From: Octopus bimaculoides
Lineage: Eukaryota
DNA length: 59,293 nucleotides
Direction of reading: 5' to 3'
NCBI RefSeq assembly: GCF_001194135.2
Contig: NC_069005.1
Location: 23,268,688 to 23,327,980, forward strand
Shown: positions 52,957 through 59,293 of the stretch, piece by piece
How positions within the stretch are numbered: the first letter of the stretch is position 1
Layout of the letters: each line of letters begins with the position of its first letter
The notes under the pieces: model-generated
What the model was told of the DNA's origin: nothing
What the model saw: the letters and a program-made list of their open reading frames with translations, nothing else
Database searches by the model: none
Made by a program: the position numbers and the translations under genes

Positions 52957-54260
52957 TTAAAATAAGGAAGGACACCTTAGATGATGTAATCCAGGATACA
53001 CTATGCTTAGAAAAAAAAAAAAAGATGAGATGGTCAAAGCTGGAAAGCCTGTTGGATAAAGGCTGACTTGGGACTAGACAACAATAACAATTTGACTAGC
53101 GACCTCAGAAAGATGGAAGACAAAGTCTATCTCAGCACTTAGGTTTAAATTCAACATGTAAAGGGACACACAGAACCTGATGTTGAAAAACATGTCCATC
53201 ACTCTATAGTGACGCTACCATTGATAACAGCAATTATCATTTTTAATTGTTATCAATCTCTAATTGTGGAGGGAACACATAGACCCAGAAAGATGTTGGG
53301 ACAAAGTGGTAAGAAAGGGTCTTCAGACATTAGGCTTCACAGAAGGGACTGTCTTCCGATAGTTTGTGGTATTTCAACCAAAGTAAAATTATAGTTGTCC
53401 TCGCCTAAAGGCATGTCCCCTGCATCTCTTTTCAGCTGAGCAATTTTAATCTCATGAGCTCGTAAGTGCTGGTGCCATGTAAAAGCACCTGTGCCGGTGC
53501 TGCATAGAAGCACCCAGTATACTCTGTGGAGTGGTTGGCATCAGGAAAGGCATCCAGCTGTAGAAACCAAGCCAAAACAGACATGGAGCCTGGGCAGCTC
53601 TTCAGCTGACCAGCTCCTGTCAAACCCATGCCAGCATGGAAAATGAACATTAAATGATGATGATGATGGAGAGGTAGTGGACTGACCAATTGCACTGACC
53701 TCTCAGTATTTATCTGGTATATATTTTGTCAATTTGCAAAAGGATAAAAAGCAAAGTTAACTTGTTCAGTGTTTTAACTTACAACATAGAGGCACATAAA
53801 TACAAAGCAATTAATCTGTCACTCAATATTTGAACAAGAACCAGGGACTAATGAAAGATGCATTTACATGCTCTCTTAACCTACTAGAAATAGCTGCCAG
53901 GTCCACTTGAACAACACCTTATTGTCATAAAAAGAAAAGGTCATACTAGATAATGTAATCCTAGTTTTAAATTATGTCTGAAAACAGGAAAGTCATAGCT
54001 GTGACACCACAGACTATGGGCTTGCTGGATCAAGGCCTTACCTAGGGTTAAATACCAACAACACCAAGAAACGAGTAAAAGGGAGACAATCTGGATAGTA
54101 ATAATATAATACAGTAATGAGCGAATGCTGGATACAAAAATCAGAGACTTGAGACTTTAGACAGTCACCATTGAATAGATAGAGCTATGGTGGTGATGGT
54201 GGTGGTTGTATTAGTGGTAGAGGTAGCTGTAGCAGAGGTAATAATAGTAGTGGTGATAGC

Positions 54261-54320
54261 TTAGTGGTAGTGGTGGTAGCTTAGTGGTAGTGGTGGTAGC
54301 TTAGTGGTAGTGGTGGTAGC
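54261..54320. repeat. Perfect 20-bp tandem repeat x3 (ttagtggtagtggtggtagc)
   Basis: Direct reading, within a GGT/AGT-rich tract. Confidence 0.9.
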
Positions 54321-54852
54321 AGTATCATCAAGTCAGTTCAGTTCTTGAGAACATTTCACACAACCTGCATATTTAACCTAAAAGCAGTACTACCACCACC
54401 ACCACCACCACCATTACCATAACACATTCTAGCATGACCTAATTAAATCTGTGGCCTTGTGCCTAAATTAGAAACCATTATTATTACAGTTATTATTTAT
54501 TGTTAATCAAATTCCACCAAGGTCATTTAAATTTAAATCGCAAAGAAATCGACTTTATCAATCGTCCTTCAGGGGTTGATAAAGTATCAGTACATGGGGA
54601 TTATTAAATCAACTAACCACCTTTTCCCTTCAAATGAAATAAGTTTTGGGTTTCACGCACTGCATAACCTTTATCTGTGGAGAGCAATTTCAAACACAAC
54701 TGAACTATCTAACATAACAAAACAACTGTTACAAACATATATTTATCAAAATAAAAACTCACATAAAATGGGCAATTTCAATGAATAAAAAAAAGAGTAA
54801 TTTCAATAAATACAGTTAGTATATAATGTTATGATGTTAGCGGATAAAAATG

Positions 54853-55200
54853 AGTGGTTAAGAACTTCCTTTTGCATCCATCCCTGTGGTTTGGGTCTTA
54901 GTCCCACTGCATGGCACCTTAGGTAAGCATCTTCTACGATAGCCCCAGATTGATCAATGTCTTCAGAGTGAATTTGGTTGATGGAAACTGGGTGGAAGCC
55001 TGTTGTATATGTGCATGTGCATCTTTGTCTCCTTCCACTACTTGACAACCGATGTTTGTTTACGTCCCTCGTAACTTAGCAGTTCAGCAATAGCAACTGA
55101 CAGCATAAGTAGCTGACTTTTTTTTTAAAAAGTACTGGGAGGGGGGTTAATTTGTTTGATTAAAACTGTTCAAGATGGTGCCCCAGCATGACCACAGTAA
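54853..55200 (+). mobile_element. Old, diverged SINE family D on the + strand
   Basis: Head gagtggttaagaac...gtcccactgcatggcacc; tail ...gatggtgccccagcatgacc. Confidence 0.75.
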
Positions 55201-57379
55201 AAGATATTAAAACTCTTTTAAAACTGGAATGGGAGCATGCACACACACAAGGTCAGTGGGTTTCAGATTGCTAAGTGTCTTAGAAAAACAGGTAAACTAC
55301 ATTGTCCTATGTCTGAATAAGATAGGACAAATGGTCATGGGTGGGATGTCTGATTAGAGGCCTGTCAGTTCTGTCAGCGCTTATCTGGGAAATAAACACC
55401 ACCATCAAACCTGTACATGGCTGCTTGACCTGCTAGAAATAGCCATGAAATCACCTTCAATTCTTAAAGACAAAGAAAGACGTTAAAACATTTAATCGTT
55501 AGATAGATAACCCTAAAAAGCTGTGACAGGAAAATTCTGTTCCATCATGGCTGACCTGGAGGGTGGGGAAATAAATAATACCACAATATCCAACCGGAAC
55601 AATTTATTATTAAATCTGTTGCTAGCTAGAATAGCTAATAGGATAGCTATCTGGCTAGCTAACTAGCTAATGGAGCTAGGCAGCAAGCTTGACTTACAAA
55701 AGTCAGCTGAAATGACTCCGCAGTGGATTGTAGACCAGATGAGAAATTCCAATCAGCTAAATTTCTCTCTGTCATACAACTGTAATTCAAGTTGACTAGA
55801 ATAGCAACCAGCTTGATAATGGTTCTGCATGTCCTGGCTTTTTTATTTTCTTTTTGTTATTTGTTTATTTTATTTTTTTTATTTATTTATTTATTTATTT
55901 TTTTTTGCTTTGACAAAACATCCTCATGACTGTTGACAAGATGGGGTCAGAAAGATAGCTAAATGTCTGTGTTCAGCAACTGGAATATGTTTCACACACA
56001 CACAACACACACAGAGAATCCATTGGTCTCAGACTGTAAATACCTTCCATAGAAAAATGAGCAGAAGTAGGTCTTCCACTCTTATTTCGGCCATTCAATT
56101 GTGGCCATTCTGGGATACCGCCTTAACCTTTTAGCATTTAAACCAGCCACATCCAACCCATATATTCTACGAGTCTTATGTTGAAACTGTCCAGATCCAA
56201 CCTCTCACATCTACCCTACAATGTCATTCTAAAAATAAACAGTCACATCATAAAAGTCTCAAGGCTATGTTTACATCGAATGGAAAGGAGGGTCTTATCC
56301 TGGTCAAATAGAACTCAAAGGGTTCCATAGGTAAAAAAAATGGTTGAGACACTGATTTAGTTGATGAAATCAACCTCAGTACTCTTTCTTTTCTTAAGAC
56401 TGGTACTCAGGCTCATTGAGTTTGCCAAACAGGGACACAAGCAACCAACACCAGTTGGCAAGTAGAGATGCAAACATATACATAAACACACACGACAGGT
56501 TTTAGAAAGCTATCATCGATCAAGTTCACTCATAAGGAATCGATCAATTTGGGGGCTACTGTAAAAGGTAACTCAAAGTGCCATGCAGTGGCAATAGTTG
56601 AAGGTTTATTTCCAAGTTGAATATATCAGAGCGACTTGAACCAACAACTAAAAGAAGTGGCAGGCAACAGAAGGAAATTCTACTTCAGTGGTTCTCAAAC
56701 AAGAATCCACATGACCGTTGCAGGGTTCATATAAGTTGGAATATATGAGAATTTATTATTTAATCATGACAATTATTTCGACACATCTAGCAGTGATTCC
56801 TCATACTCACACACAATGAGCTTTTTTTCAGTTTCCACTTATGACATGCACTCACAATGCTTTGGTCAGTCCAGGACTATAGTTTGAAGTCATTTGCCCA
56901 AGGTATCATACAATGGCACTGAACCCAAGACCACATGGTTGGAGAGCAAATGCAACCACACAGCTACAGCAACACCTATTTATTATTACAATACATATTG
57001 GTATTTTCAGCATGGTTTTTACAGTTGGGTATCTTTTCTATCACCACACACTCTACAATGCAGACTGGGAGCTACTACAGAGATTGCCTGCAGGGAACTT
57101 CAAGATTTCTTATGTACCATTCCTCTGTTTGTTACACACACACACACGATTGATTGTATAGAATTTTTCTTTTTAAAATGTACTCAACACATTGTGGAAG
57201 CTAAATATTATTTATAGACCAACACAGTCTTACATTACTTGAACGTTCACAGAAATAAGACTAATTTATCAGGATGCCTACAAGTTAGATTTACATACAG
57301 ATTTGTCTATGAACTTTCAATGACTCAAACTGTTAATATACCACAGATATGTACATGTGAGTGTGTGTACGTATGTATG

Positions 57380-57426
<47 letters not shown>

Positions 57427-57942
57427 GCTCACACAGACATATATACAAATATATGCATACACATACACTCATGCCTATATGCATACACACAAACACACTG
57501 GTATGTATACAAACACACATCATCACCATCAAATATCTGTTTCCCATGTTGGTATGGGTTGGACGACTTGACAGGAGCTGGCAAACCAGAGGACTCCACC
57601 AAGCTCCACTATCTGCTTTGGCATGGCTTTTATGGCTGGATGAGAAAAGAGTAGGAGAATGGAAGAATGTGTGTGTATAAGTGTATATATTTCTAGGAAT
57701 GTATGGTGTAGAGAAAACTTATAGAGTGAGTGGTACTGAGAAAGGTAAACATCAGCATGAATTGTGCCAAGGAACTTCAATCTTAAAAAAAAAAAAGAAA
57801 TACATAAACATACATAGCCATCTCTCTATACATGTATGTATGTACATAAATATCATCAACTTGAGGAATATTGGTGAAATATTCTCATCAAAACAAGCCT
57901 GAGGGTGTGAATATGTCTTCCAAATTCAGTGAAATTGCGGTT

Positions 57943-58338
57943 TTTACTCTTACATTTTTACTTGTTTCAGTCATGTGACTGCAGCCATGCTGGAACGCCA
58001 CCTTTAGTCAAACAAATCAACCTCAGGGCTTATTTTTTTTTTAAGCCTGGTACTTATATTATCAGTCTCTATTGGCAAACTGTTCAGTTATGGGGATGTA
58101 AACACACCAACACACAGTGATGGAGGGGCAATCAGACACCAAGACACATACACATAAACACACACACACACATATATATACACATGACAGGCTTCTTTCA
58201 GTTTCCGTCTACCAAATCCACTCACAAGGCTTTGGTTGGCCCGAGGCTATGGTAGAAGACACTTGCCCAACATGCCACGCAGTGGGACTGAACCCAGAAC
58301 CATGTTGTTAGGAAGCAAGCTTCTTACCACACAGCCAC
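57943..58338 (-). mobile_element. SINE family D, full length
   Basis: Homologous to 29467-29865. Confidence 0.9.
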
Positions 58339-59293
58339 ACGCATGTCTTATTTATAGACAATGACTTCAAAACTTATACATTCTCAGATCTGACTATAAA
58401 TTCAAGTTTATACCTTTAATTATTAGATCATTTGATTATGTACACTACAAAATGTCTCAGGGTAATCTCACAAACCAGGGATTTACACTCAAAGAAAATG
58501 ACTAGTTAAGAACATGCATCTTTGTTAATAAAATGGTAGGGCAAAAAAAATTGTCTTTCTAAATATGCAAGACTTTTCTAAAGTTCACCTTATAACTATC
58601 TCTACCACCGTTTATTATCTATAAATGCAAGTGATAGAACTTATAGTTTCTTTGTTAGAAACCAGCTAAAACTAACTTTTTTTTTTATCTATCGGAAGAA
58701 TTTAAATAATTAAAAAGAAAAAAATAATTATAATGTACACATACACTTGCACACACACATATATTAGTGTTCATTGGAAAACTGCTAACAAATGTAGGCA
58801 CCTATGTCTAGAACACTGCTGTGGCAGCACCAATCCACAAGACAGCAGCAGAGAAAGAGAGGAGGAGAGAGGAGGAGGAGGAGAGAGGGGGGAAGCCACA
58901 GCAAATCTTAAACACATCTGACTTGCTTAGATCAAGTCATGTAGGCAGCAAAAATATTTCTTCAACAACAACACACTGCGTCAATGAAGATATTAGAAAA
59001 GATTAAGTGTCTTAATTTTTCTCATTTAATCAGATCTGAAGATTAGAGAGAAGGATTATAGAGGATTTTTTTTGTTTTTTGTTTTTCCTTTTTTTTACCC
59101 CTCCCCACCACTAACCAAGATTTCTAGTTTGGGATTGGAGAAAAGGGTATACAGTGAACTATAATCATAATCCTTGTAATCTGGGGATTACTATACAGAA
59201 CAGAGGGGAGAGAGGGGGGAAAGTAGATATTTTGTTCAATTCATTGGAAGAAGTAACTGAATTTTCAAACAATTTTTATTTTAAATCTAAATA

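Noticed and set aside
55620-55690. TAGC-rich cluster as a functional element
   Set aside because: Low-complexity gctagcta repeats with no regular period or other support.

Overview
AT-rich, microsatellite- and SINE-dense eukaryotic DNA from a draft assembly with about a dozen N-gaps. The repeat families look like those of Octopus / coleoid cephalopods (species inferred, not proven). The only supportable protein-coding gene is a homeodomain-interacting protein kinase (HIPK) on the minus strand. Three consecutive kinase-domain exons are present (23810-23687, 17252-17130, 14430-14344), all with GT-AG boundaries; they splice in frame to (R)[41 protein letters not shown]|[41 protein letters not shown]|[30 protein letters not shown] did not find the preceding (...SRYYR) or following (...DRREF...) exons, so the rest of the window is probably intron, including >35 kb upstream. 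The introns hold several tRNA-headed SINE families, RTE-type LINE remnants, a decayed DD37D Tc1/mariner, a mariner 5' fragment, hAT- and piggyBac-type MITEs and several long fold-back hairpins. Best leads: a candidate stop-containing ('poison') cassette exon at 19803-19848, a minimal hammerhead-like motif at 35471-35497, a pre-miRNA-sized hairpin that pairs better on the HIPK-sense strand (35081-35187), a fold-back inverted duplication (578-783), and an unusually long open read-through after the third exon. There is no evidence for a prokaryotic-type system or CRISPR array.
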